Assembly: GCA_963701785.1 (NCBI GenBank)
Contig: CAVPBC010000002.1
Coordinates: forward strand, 2,596,124 to 2,660,123
DNA from: an uncultured Bacteroidales bacterium
Lineage (GTDB): Bacteria; Bacteroidota; Bacteroidia; Bacteroidales; JAGOPY01
Direction of reading: 5' to 3'
Length of the DNA: 64,000 bases
A model generated the notes under the pieces. It had not been told where the DNA came from. It saw nothing but the letters and a program-made list of their open reading frames with translations, and ran no database searches. Shown piece after piece: positions 33,894 through 42,726 of the stretch (its first letter is position 1; each line of letters begins with the position of its first letter). The translations under genes were made by a program, and so were the position numbers.

Positions 33894-34896
33894 ATGCCTT
33901 TCAATCTTCGTAACCGCAGTTTTTTAAAGCTCCTTGATTTTACTCCACAGGAGATCAGTTTCTTGCTCGATCTGTCGGCTGACCTTAAAAAAGCCAAATA
34001 TTCCGGGACTGAACAGCAACGGCTTAAAGGAAAAAATATCGTTCTCCTTTTCGAAAAGGATTCCACCCGGACACGTTGCGCCTTTGAAGTGGCAGCGATG
34101 GATCAGGGCGCTAATATTACATATTTGGGACCATCGGGTTCCCAGATGAAAAAGAAGGAATCCATAAAGGATACAGCCAGGGTGCTGGGCAGAATGTATG
34201 ATGGGATAGAATACCGTGGCTATGGACAGGAAATCGTCGAGGAACTGGCCCAATATTCCAATGTGCCGGTCTGGAACGGACTCACCAATGAATTTCACCC
34301 GACACAGGTCCTGGCAGATTTATTGACCATGATAGAACACAGCGATAAACCCTTGAAACAAATCTCGTTCTGTTATCTTGGCGATGCGCGCAATAATATG
34401 GGCAATTCACTCCTGGTGGGGGCTGCCAAAATGGGCATGGACTTCCGTTCCATTGCACCAAAACAGTTTCAGCCTGCAGCCGAACTCGTGTCTAAATGCC
34501 TTGAGATTGCCAAAGAAACCGGGGCCAGGATTAACCGTAACGGATAATGTTGATGAAGGAGTCAAAGGTGTCGATTATATTTATACCGATGTTTGGGTTT
34601 CGATGGGAGAGCCCGATTCAGCCTGGAAAGAAAGGTTACAGCTCATGCTTCCTTACCAGGTTAATAAACAATTACTGGCTAAGACGGGCAATCCTGATGT
34701 AAAATTTCTCCATTGCCTGCCATCCTTTCATAGCCGGGAAACTGTGGTGGGAGAAGAGATTTTTCAGAAATTTGGCGTAGCAGAAATGGAAGTTACCGAT
34801 GAAGTATTTGAATCCCCCGCTTCTATCGTTTTTGATCAGGCTGAAAACCGCCTGCATACTATTAAAGCGGTAATGGTTGCTACTCTGGGAAGTTAG
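33894..34896 (+). CDS. argF: Ornithine carbamoyltransferase, probably catabolic (frameshift ~34533)
   Basis: [30 protein letters not shown]. Confidence 0.95.
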
Positions 34897-34914
34897 GTTT
34901 GCTTGAAGCTCTTC

Positions 34915-35541
34915 TTAATCGCTGTGCGTTTTTACAAAAAAAGCAACCTTTTCCAGTGATGTGATCATATCATATTCTTCCAGGTGAACATCTTTTGGAA
35001 CAGATACTGATTTGGGCGCATAGTTCAGTATTCCTTTGATCCCTGCTTTTACCAGCCTGTCAGCCGTGGCCTGTCCCTGGTCAGCCGGCACAGTGATGAT
35101 GCCTATTTTAATATCTTCTTTTTTTACCAGTTCATTAATTTGTTCAATATCATGACAGGTAACCCCTGAATATTTCTTGCCGACTTTTTCAATATTGCTG
35201 TCGAAAACTGCAATGATCGAAAGCTTGGTTCGTTTACCACTGAAGTAATTGATGATGGCTCTTCCCAAATTACCGACCCCCACGACACATACACGGATGA
35301 TCATTTCGCTGTCGATAATTTCCCCGATCAGGTCTATCAGTTCCTTTACATTGTATCCTTTTCTCAGGGTGCCCGTATAGCCTATCAGCATGATATCCCG
35401 CCGCACCTGTACTGCCGTGATATGAATGATTCTGGCAATCTCGTGAGAAAAAATATGGGTCTTGCCGCTGGCATGTACCATAAGCAATGCACGCCTGTAT
35501 TGACTTAATCTTTCAATTGTTTTATGGGGGAGTGGTCTCAT
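34915..35541 (-). CDS. rex: Redox-sensing transcriptional repressor Rex
   Basis: TIERLSQY, QVRRD, G...GY, Rossmann GVGNLG, GILNYAP. Confidence 0.92.
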   Translation of the reverse strand: MRPLPHKTIERLSQYRRALLMVHASGKTHIFSHEIARIIHITAVQVRRDIMLIGYTGTLRKGYNVKELIDLIGEIIDSEMIIRVCVVGVGNLGRAIINYFSGKRTKLSIIAVFDSNIEKVGKKYSGVTCHDIEQINELVKKEDIKIGIITVPADQGQATADRLVKAGIKGILNYAPKSVSVPKDVHLEEYDMITSLEKVAFFVKTHSD

Positions 35542-35609
35542 TTTTACAAAATTATTTTTGGCCAATAATTGCACAAAAATAGTTTCGTCAATGTTAAAAA
35601 ACAAGTGTT

Positions 35610-35627
35610 TTGTTAATTATTTAACAA
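35610..35627. promoter_or_regulatory. Rex operator (autoregulatory)
   Basis: TTGTTAA-TTAT-TTAACAA, a perfect match to the TTGTTAA-N4-TTAACAA Rex box, upstream of rex. Confidence 0.75.
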
Positions 35628-35698
35628 CACTGTCTTAGTATTGGACAGGATAATCAGAAAAAATGAGCTGAAATGATGTGTTCTTCCCGGGAAAAATG

Positions 35699-36154
35699 TC
35701 AATCATGGACAAACATCAGTCCATATCTTGCTGCAGAATAGCCTTCATGGAATTCGTAAACAATAACTTCCACTTTATACAACGCATCCACAGGAGGTTT
35801 CACGACTGCTATAGCAAAAGATTCCACGGAATTATCTTCTGCAGCCAGTGTCCATTCCTCCAGCAGATCATCATATGCGTAAACTTTGATATCCAAATCT
35901 TTAACGCCATCGTCAGCAAATGCGACCAGGGTATATTCCCAATCTGCCGATAAATTTCGGGACGTTTCCTTTGATGTAAAAACAAGGTCGTATTCAATTC
36001 GGACAATCTCATTTCCGTCAGTATCGAACTGATCTACCAGTTGTGCCCCCAGTTTGTAAATCGGGTAACTTTTAGTGCCATTAATGCATTGAGCTTCTGT
36101 GCCTTTAAAAGTAGCAAATGCAATTAAAAATAGAAAAAGTACTTTAATTTTCAT
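35699..36154 (-). CDS. Secreted hypothetical protein, PPC-like beta-sandwich
   Basis: Signal peptide; YTLVAFADDGVKDLDIKVY..AED..YKVEV pattern. Confidence 0.6.
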   Translation of the reverse strand: MKIKVLFLFLIAFATFKGTEAQCINGTKSYPIYKLGAQLVDQFDTDGNEIVRIEYDLVFTSKETSRNLSADWEYTLVAFADDGVKDLDIKVYAYDDLLEEWTLAAEDNSVESFAIAVVKPPVDALYKVEVIVYEFHEGYSAARYGLMFVHD

Positions 36155-36186
36155 AATCAAGAATTAAAAATTAAAAATTAAAAATC
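36155..36186. repeat. Heptamer tandem repeat (AATTAAA)x3-4
   Basis: aatcaag aattaaa aattaaa aattaaa aatc. Confidence 0.6.
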
Positions 36187-36226
36187 GACTCTAAATATAT
36201 TACAACAAATTCTATATGAATAAGAG

Positions 36227-36988
36227 CTAACGACTGTTTTGCAGCCACTCCAGCCATAGCCCGAATCCCTCGCCGGTTTTTGCTGAAACAGTTATAAATT
36301 CAAGATGATGGTTAATACGGCTGGCATATTCTTTGAATTTTTCCGGGTTAAAATCGACATAGGGAAGCAGGTCAGATTTATTGATCAGGCATAAATGTGA
36401 GGACTGAAACATGTTGGGATATTTCAACGGCTTATCCTCTCCTTCAGTTACACTGATTATAACAACCCGCCTGGATTCACCAAGGTCGAAGAGGGCCGGG
36501 CAAACCAGGTTGCCGACATTCTCAATCATCAGGAGAGCACCATCAGGCACCCCTAATTTTTTTACAGCCATACTTACCATCTGTGCATCCAGGTGGCAGC
36601 CATTCCCGGTATTTACCTGGACAACCGGTGCGCCTGCTTTTTCAATCCTTTCCGCATCAAGCATGGTCTGCTGATCACCTTCAATGATAAAGATCCTGTC
36701 ATGATTACCGGATTCCTTAATGGTTTTTTCAAGGATCGAAGTTTTTCCGGAACCTGGTGAACTGACCATGTTAATGGCTACAATGTTCTTTGCCTCAAAA
36801 AATCCCCTGTTACGCTCGGCAAGGAGATCGTTCTTGCGCATGATATCGATTTCCAGGCTTATTTCACGACCGTGTTCATGATGATGGTCTGCTGCATTAT
36901 GGTTGTGTGTATGCCCGTGATCGGCAGGTTCGCCTGGTTTCCTGATATTTGCCGGGTCAGGCTGCCCACATCCGCAAGTTCCGCACAT
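36227..36988 (-). CDS. hypB: Hydrogenase nickel incorporation GTPase HypB
   Basis: MCGTCGC, His-rich stretch, SPGSGKT, GCHLDA, ENVGNLVCPA, EGEDKP, NKSD. Confidence 0.96.
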   Translation of the reverse strand: MCGTCGCGQPDPANIRKPGEPADHGHTHNHNAADHHHEHGREISLEIDIMRKNDLLAERNRGFFEAKNIVAINMVSSPGSGKTSILEKTIKESGNHDRIFIIEGDQQTMLDAERIEKAGAPVVQVNTGNGCHLDAQMVSMAVKKLGVPDGALLMIENVGNLVCPALFDLGESRRVVIISVTEGEDKPLKYPNMFQSSHLCLINKSDLLPYVDFNPEKFKEYASRINHHLEFITVSAKTGEGFGLWLEWLQNSR

Positions 36989-37039
36989 ATTTATAGTCTT
37001 ATCTGATTTGTATGCAAAAATAGAAAAAATCTCTAATCG

Positions 37040-37058
37040 ATTTAGAATAATTCTAAAT
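37040..37058. promoter_or_regulatory. Perfect 9-1-9 palindrome, Fur-family box
   Basis: ATTTAGAAT-A-ATTCTAAAT between divergent -7 boxes (37015-37022 minus, 37117-37124 plus). Confidence 0.7.
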
Positions 37059-37144
37059 TGCCGGCTTGGTTTTTACTATTTAAAAATAATTTTGGGAATT
37101 ATAATCTAAATTTTCTTATATTTGTTTAACATAATCATTTCACT

Positions 37145-37555
37145 ATGCCAAAAGCTGTATCATTAACTGTCAAGTGCCCTCATTGCGATACTTCCCTGAT
37201 GGATGAAGGGCACCTCATCAACAATATGCCCAGCATTAAGTTGTTGATCCACACTACAATAAGTCAAAAGGGTTTTATCTGGCTAAGTTCTATCTATGGA
37301 GATTATAATTTCACTTCTGAATTTCAGATTAAAGAAGGGGAGATTGTTGAATTTTACTGTCCTGATTGTAAGGAAAGCCTTTATCGAAAGAAGATCGAGT
37401 GCGATATCTGTGGGGCACCGATCGTGAGCCTGAGTTGTTCGATTGGAGGAAGGGTTAGTATCTGCTCAAGAAGTGGCTGTAAAAACCATTATGTTGTTTT
37501 TGAGGATCTTGATACCACTATCCGCAAATTTTACGAAGATTACGGCTATCATTGA
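37145..37555 (+). CDS. Small Cys-rich putative metal-binding protein
   Basis: CPHC, CPDC, CDIC, CSRSGCKNH; own -7 box TATATTTG. Confidence 0.75.
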   Translation: MPKAVSLTVKCPHCDTSLMDEGHLINNMPSIKLLIHTTISQKGFIWLSSIYGDYNFTSEFQIKEGEIVEFYCPDCKESLYRKKIECDICGAPIVSLSCSIGGRVSICSRSGCKNHYVVFEDLDTTIRKFYEDYGYH

Positions 37556-37575
37556 CCCGGGAAGATGCGATCATT

Positions 37576-38598
37576 TTAACAAATGCGCGGCAGTTGTTCG
37601 CCGGCAAGCATATCCAGGATCCTTTTTCCTCCTATACCTGTATTTACCCAGGCTTTGCCAGGGTATTCAGCTACGATCTCCCCAATTATCCCTGCATTTT
37701 TGCCTAATTCATGATTTTGCATCGTCTGCAGGATCGTTGCCGCCGAATCACGGTCAGCCACGATTACAACCTTACCCTCATTAGCTACATAAAGAGGGTC
37801 AAAGCCAAGTAATTCGCAGAAAGCCCTCACTTTTGGCATGACCAGGATATTTGATTCCTCGAGTGTGATCCCGAAATTTTTCTTTTCAGCCAGTTCGGAT
37901 AAAACGGTGGCCAGTCCGCCCCGTGTTGCATCCCGCATGAATTTGACCCCGTCTGACACGTCCAGTATATTGTGGATTAATCCATTAAGTGAAGCACAGT
38001 CCGACTGGATATCGCTCTGAATGTTTAACTCCTGCCTGGCAGATAATACCGCCATCCCATGGTCGCCTATTGATCCGTTAATGATTATTTTATCGCCCGG
38101 TTTGATACTTCTTCCTTCCCCTATGTTTGTATGCTGCATTTTGATCAAGCCGATACCTGCCGTATTGATAAAAATCTTATCGCATTTGCCACGGTTCACA
38201 ACTTTAGTATCGCCGGTGACAATTACCACGCCGGCTTTCTTTGCTTCGGCAGCCATGGAGCTGACAATGGATTCGAGATCTTTTAATGGGAATCCTTCCT
38301 CAATTATAAACCCTGCGCTCAAAAACATCGGCGTTGCGCCTGAAACAGCCAGGTCATTTACAGTGCCGCATACAGCAAGTTTTCCGATATCGCCTCCCGG
38401 GAAAAAAACCGGGTCAACGACAAACGAATCAGTTGTGAATGAAATCTGTGAGTCAGCCAGGTCAAGGATGGCCGAATCAGTCTGCTTATCGAGATATTGG
38501 TTTTCGAAGTACTTCACAAAAAGGTCACTGATCAGATCGTGGCTGAGTTTCCCGCCACTACCGTGACCCAGTAGAACTTTATCATTTTTGATCATCAT
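37576..38598 (-). CDS. hypE: Hydrogenase maturation protein HypE
   Basis: LGHGSGG, TTDSFVV, GTVNDL, GDTKVV, MRDATRGG, C-terminal LPRIC. Confidence 0.96.
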   Translation of the reverse strand: MMIKNDKVLLGHGSGGKLSHDLISDLFVKYFENQYLDKQTDSAILDLADSQISFTTDSFVVDPVFFPGGDIGKLAVCGTVNDLAVSGATPMFLSAGFIIEEGFPLKDLESIVSSMAAEAKKAGVVIVTGDTKVVNRGKCDKIFINTAGIGLIKMQHTNIGEGRSIKPGDKIIINGSIGDHGMAVLSARQELNIQSDIQSDCASLNGLIHNILDVSDGVKFMRDATRGGLATVLSELAEKKNFGITLEESNILVMPKVRAFCELLGFDPLYVANEGKVVIVADRDSAATILQTMQNHELGKNAGIIGEIVAEYPGKAWVNTGIGGKRILDMLAGEQLPRIC

Positions 38599-38599
38599 T

Positions 38600-39685
38600 T
38601 TATGTATATCTGTTATAGCGGTAAAATGCTGCACAGGCGCCTTCATTTGAAACCATGCATGGCCCGGCAGGATTCTGAGGTGTGCAGGCCGTGGCAAATA
38701 GTTTGCACTCCCTGGGGTTTTTCAATCCTTTTAAGATTTCCCCGCAGATGCAGCCTTTGTCTTCCCTTGTGGGTTCCACCTCAACGCTCAGCATTTTCTC
38801 GGCATCAAATGCGGAATACTTTTCCCTTATGCCAAGTCCGCTTTCCGGAAGAATGCCCAAGCCTCTCCACCAATCGTCCCTTGGCTCAAAAACCTCGTCA
38901 AGCATTTCCCTGGCCTTGATATTGCCTTCAGGCCTTACAGCCCTGCGATACTGAATTTCTACTTTCTGGTCATGAGCTTCAATTTGCCTGACCAGCATAA
39001 GGATGGCTTCCATCAGGTCTACAGGTTCGAAGCCGGCAATTACACAACCCAGGTGATATTTTTCAGCAATATCACGGTAGATCGAAACACCTGTTATGGT
39101 GCTGACATGTCCGGGGGCTATGTAACCATCTATTTTAACTCCTTCATCGATCAGAGCAGCCATGGCAGGAGGCATGACTTTGTGCGAGCTGAACAGGTGA
39201 AAATTGTAAAGATCCTGCAGAGAAGCGCCCATAATGGCTGCCGCACTTGCAGGAGCTGTTGTTTCAAATCCAATACCGAGGAAAATAACTTTCTTGCAGG
39301 GATTTTGCCGGGCCATCTCCAATGAATCCATGACGGAATATACGATCCGGATATCAGCACCATGGGCTTTTTCCCTGTCAAGTGTAGATGTGGATCCAGG
39401 CACCCGGATCAGATCGCCGTAAGTGGCTATAATGACATCGGGTAACCTGCTATAGGCAATGGCCTGGTCAAGATATTTCCTGCTTGAAACACATACGGGG
39501 CAGCCTGGACCCGATAGCAGCCTGATTGTGCCCGGTAAAAGGGAGGGGAGCCCAAACCGCTGGATAGACATGGTGTGCCCGCCGCAAACTTCCATTAATG
39601 AAATGGGTATTGTCGAAATTCTACGGATTTCCTCAGATAGTTTTAGGACCAGTTCTTTATCTCGGTATTCATCAATAAACCTCAT
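38600..39685 (-). CDS. hypD: Hydrogenase maturation protein HypD
   Basis: MEVCGGHT, GPGCPVC, GFETT, PGHVS, C-terminal Cys cluster. Confidence 0.96.
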   Translation of the reverse strand: MRFIDEYRDKELVLKLSEEIRRISTIPISLMEVCGGHTMSIQRFGLPSLLPGTIRLLSGPGCPVCVSSRKYLDQAIAYSRLPDVIIATYGDLIRVPGSTSTLDREKAHGADIRIVYSVMDSLEMARQNPCKKVIFLGIGFETTAPASAAAIMGASLQDLYNFHLFSSHKVMPPAMAALIDEGVKIDGYIAPGHVSTITGVSIYRDIAEKYHLGCVIAGFEPVDLMEAILMLVRQIEAHDQKVEIQYRRAVRPEGNIKAREMLDEVFEPRDDWWRGLGILPESGLGIREKYSAFDAEKMLSVEVEPTREDKGCICGEILKGLKNPRECKLFATACTPQNPAGPCMVSNEGACAAFYRYNRYT

Positions 39686-39688
39686 CTG

Positions 39689-40177
39689 TTATTCAGAATC
39701 CTCTTTTTTGTTGCCTAATCCCTGGTTGCCAGTGTCCAGAACAAATTTCCATTTTCCATTACCGTCTTTTTTCCATATCGTGACATACGTGCCTTCTTTT
39801 GTCACGGAATTCCCTTCCGGTGAATCCATCTCGACGGTATAAATGCCATAAGTATAACCCAGGTCGCCGGATTCAGCAATATCAGCGAACAAAGGCTCCC
39901 ACTTAAGTGTAAATGATGTATCAGGTTTGCTGTACATCTCTTCTATCATTTTACGTCCGATAACTGGTGGCCGGTTTGGCCTTAACAAAACACAACTGTC
40001 ATCGATGTAAGCTAAAAAGGATTCATGCGCGCCAATTTCTAATGATAGACGGGCAAAATCACGGTCAACTTCCATTAATTCACCGATCATCCGTTCGTGT
40101 CTTTTTGATCCTTCACAGCCACTAAATGGCAGGATTAATGGGATTATCAAAATTACTAACCAAGTGGAAGACTTCAT
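39689..40177 (-). CDS. NTF2/SnoaL-like (DUF4440/YybH) lipoprotein
   Basis: Lipobox FSGC; LKWEP..SGDLGYTYG..GTYVTIWKK..GKWKFVLD. Confidence 0.8.
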   Translation of the reverse strand: MKSSTWLVILIIPLILPFSGCEGSKRHERMIGELMEVDRDFARLSLEIGAHESFLAYIDDSCVLLRPNRPPVIGRKMIEEMYSKPDTSFTLKWEPLFADIAESGDLGYTYGIYTVEMDSPEGNSVTKEGTYVTIWKKDGNGKWKFVLDTGNQGLGNKKEDSE

Positions 40178-40264
40178 GCAAGATATTTTTAGTACAGATA
40201 TATCACGTTCACTGACAAAAAGTAACTTGATTAAAAATTAAAATTAAACATTAATATTCATGTA

Positions 40265-42560
40265 TCAGAAATTCAATTTGCCGGCTTCCCTTCTTTTTGC
40301 CGCAATAATAAGCTGTCCGAGGGCAATTCCACCATCATTAGAAGGGAATTGGCTGTGAGTAAAGACCTGGAAATTATCATTCAGCAATCTTCTCTCACTT
40401 TCTGATAATAAATAACGGTTCTGAAAAGTCCCACCGGATAAAACAATTTTATTTATTCCTGTTTCATTGCGGTATTTATGAACTGCCTGGATAATAATAT
40501 CAACCATAGAACGGTGGAACTTAGCTGAAATTTTTCCAACCGGGACCTTGTTTTCGATGTCATGCACAATACCTCTTATAATATCACCAGGATCAATAGT
40601 ATTGCCGAAGGAAAATTCATACCGGCTGGTTTCTCCCGGGTCTATGATGTCTTCGAGCCGCATCGGGGCTTCTGCATGAAACGCCGCATAATTGCAGATC
40701 CCGGTCAATGCTGCAACAGCATCAAATAACCTGCCTGCACTGGATGACAAAGGAGTGTTGATCTTATTTTCCAGTGCCATTTTAATGATCTTGATTTTTT
40801 CCGGGTCAATATCCTTTAGAAATGGCAGTCGCATCCCCGCTATATCATGCCCGATATATTGATACAAATACGATACGGCCATACGCCAGGGTTCAAAATT
40901 TGCTTTATCCCCACCAGGCTGCAAAACATATTCAAGGTGTGTCTTTCTTTCAAAATCTGAAAGATCACACTTCATCACTTCAAAACCCCAAATGTGGCCA
41001 TCTGTCCCGTATCCAACACCATCCATGCTGATCCCGATGACCTGCTCATCCAATCCGTGCTCTGCCATACAGGCAGCTATATGCGCATGATGATGCTGAA
41101 CATGTAAAAGGGGGAGATTTCCGTGTTGGGTGGCAAACTCCCCGGCAAACCTGGTGGATAAATAGTCGGGATGAAGATCACATACAACAAGTGAAGGTTT
41201 TACCCTGAACATTTTTTTAAACCGGTTCAATGGATTCCTTATAAAAATCCAATGTCTCAAGATTTTTCAAATCCCCGATATGCTGGCTCATGACAGCGGT
41301 CCGGTCTTTGCCCAGGCAAAAACAATTGACCAGTTCGGCGCCTGCAGCAAAGATTCCGTCTGCATCAAGAAGCAGGTTTACCGGGGAAGGTGCAAATCCG
41401 CGTGATCTCCTTATGATCCGGCTATGGTTTCCTGAAAACATCATTACTGAATCATCGGTCCGGTTATATATTTCCCGGTTGTAAACCAGGAAAGCATCCG
41501 CTATAGAAGCAAGTCGTTCAATGGCATCAGTATTTTCAATAATGACAGGTTCATCTGAAATGTTGCCGCTTGTTAAAACAATAGCCGGAGTTTTTAATCT
41601 TTCAAAGAGCAGGTAATGGATCGGCATATATGGAAGCATGACACCGGTGGTGCTAAATCCATTGCTCACGCTTTTAGCTAACTGAATATGGCTGCTTTTA
41701 TTTTTCAGAACTACAATGGGTTTTCGCCATGACAGGAGCGCGTCTTCCTCTTCCTGGCTGACATCCATATAGTTCCTGATCTCATTAATACTTTTAAACA
41801 TGACGGCAAATGGTTTCCCTTCCCTGTATTTCCTTTGCCTGAGTAAACTGACCGTCGATTCACTGGTGGCATCACAGGCGAGGTGAAAACCTCCTATTCC
41901 TTTGATGGCAATGATCTTTCCAGACATGATCATGCTTGCAGCCTGGGCCGTGATTTTACCGGTCCCGGTGATAAGATCCTGACCCTGAATCAATTCATAT
42001 TGCGGGCCACAATGATTACATGCAACCGGCTGTGCATGAAACCTTCGGTCCATAACATCTTCATATTCCTTTTTGCAGACCGGGCACATGACAAACGAAT
42101 TCATTGTTGTTTTGGCACGGTCGTAGGGGAGCCCCTGGATAATCGAAAACCTCGGGCCGCAATTCGTGCAATTTATAAAAGGATAATCAATCCGGTGTGC
42201 TTGTGTTTTCATGTCAGCCAGGCAATCGTTGCATATGGCGATATCGGGGCTGATCTCGGTTACTGCTTCTGAATGATCTGAGCTTTTATTAATTTGAAAA
42301 TCAATGTTATGAAGCAATCTGTCCGGGTGAACTTCTATTCTGATGATCTGGGATGAAACGGGTGCTTCTGCGGACAACCCTGACAAAAATTTCCTTAAAT
42401 CCTCATCCAATCCTTCCGCATGAATCCTGACCCCGTCATTTCCGTTTTCAACCCAGCCAGTTATTTGGTTTCTGGTTGCCAGGCGATAAACAAATGGCCG
42501 AAATCCAACTCCCTGAACCAGACCGGTAATATGGATGGATTTAGCGGAATGTGCTTTCAT
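40265..42560 (-). CDS. hypF: Carbamoyltransferase HypF (frameshift ~41224)
   Basis: GLVQGVGFRPF, zinc-finger CxxC pairs, KGIGGFHL, HHHAH, SSAGRLFD, NDGGIALGQ. Confidence 0.95.
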
Positions 42561-42581
42561 GATTTAATTAAAGGAGGGCAA

Positions 42582-42620
42582 AAATAATGAAATTTATCAT
42601 TATTTGTACTAATTCTAAAT
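42582..42620. promoter_or_regulatory. Overlapping inverted repeats in the hypF/hoxF divergent promoter
   Basis: AAATAATGA-N6-TCATTATTT (42582-42605, perfect) and ATTTGTACT-A-ATTCTAAAT (42602-42620; 15 of 18 arm positions match the 37040 box). Confidence 0.5.
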
Positions 42621-42664
42621 TTGATCTGATTATTGTAAGTTCAACATTTTCAGTTATTTTTGTC

Positions 42665-42682
42665 TTGTTAATTATTTCACAA
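42665..42682. promoter_or_regulatory. Rex operator of the hox operon
   Basis: TTGTTAA-TTAT-TTCACAA, just downstream of the -7 box TATTTTTG (42655-42662); 17/18 identical to the rex site. Confidence 0.75.
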
Positions 42683-42726
42683 TACCAGATTGATTATCAG
42701 AATTTTAATCTTAACATACCTGACAG

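Noticed and set aside
35556-35580. Second Rex site near the rex start (tttttggccaataattgcacaaaaa)
   Set aside because: The left half-site is poor and the symmetry comes mostly from A/T runs and the -7 box.
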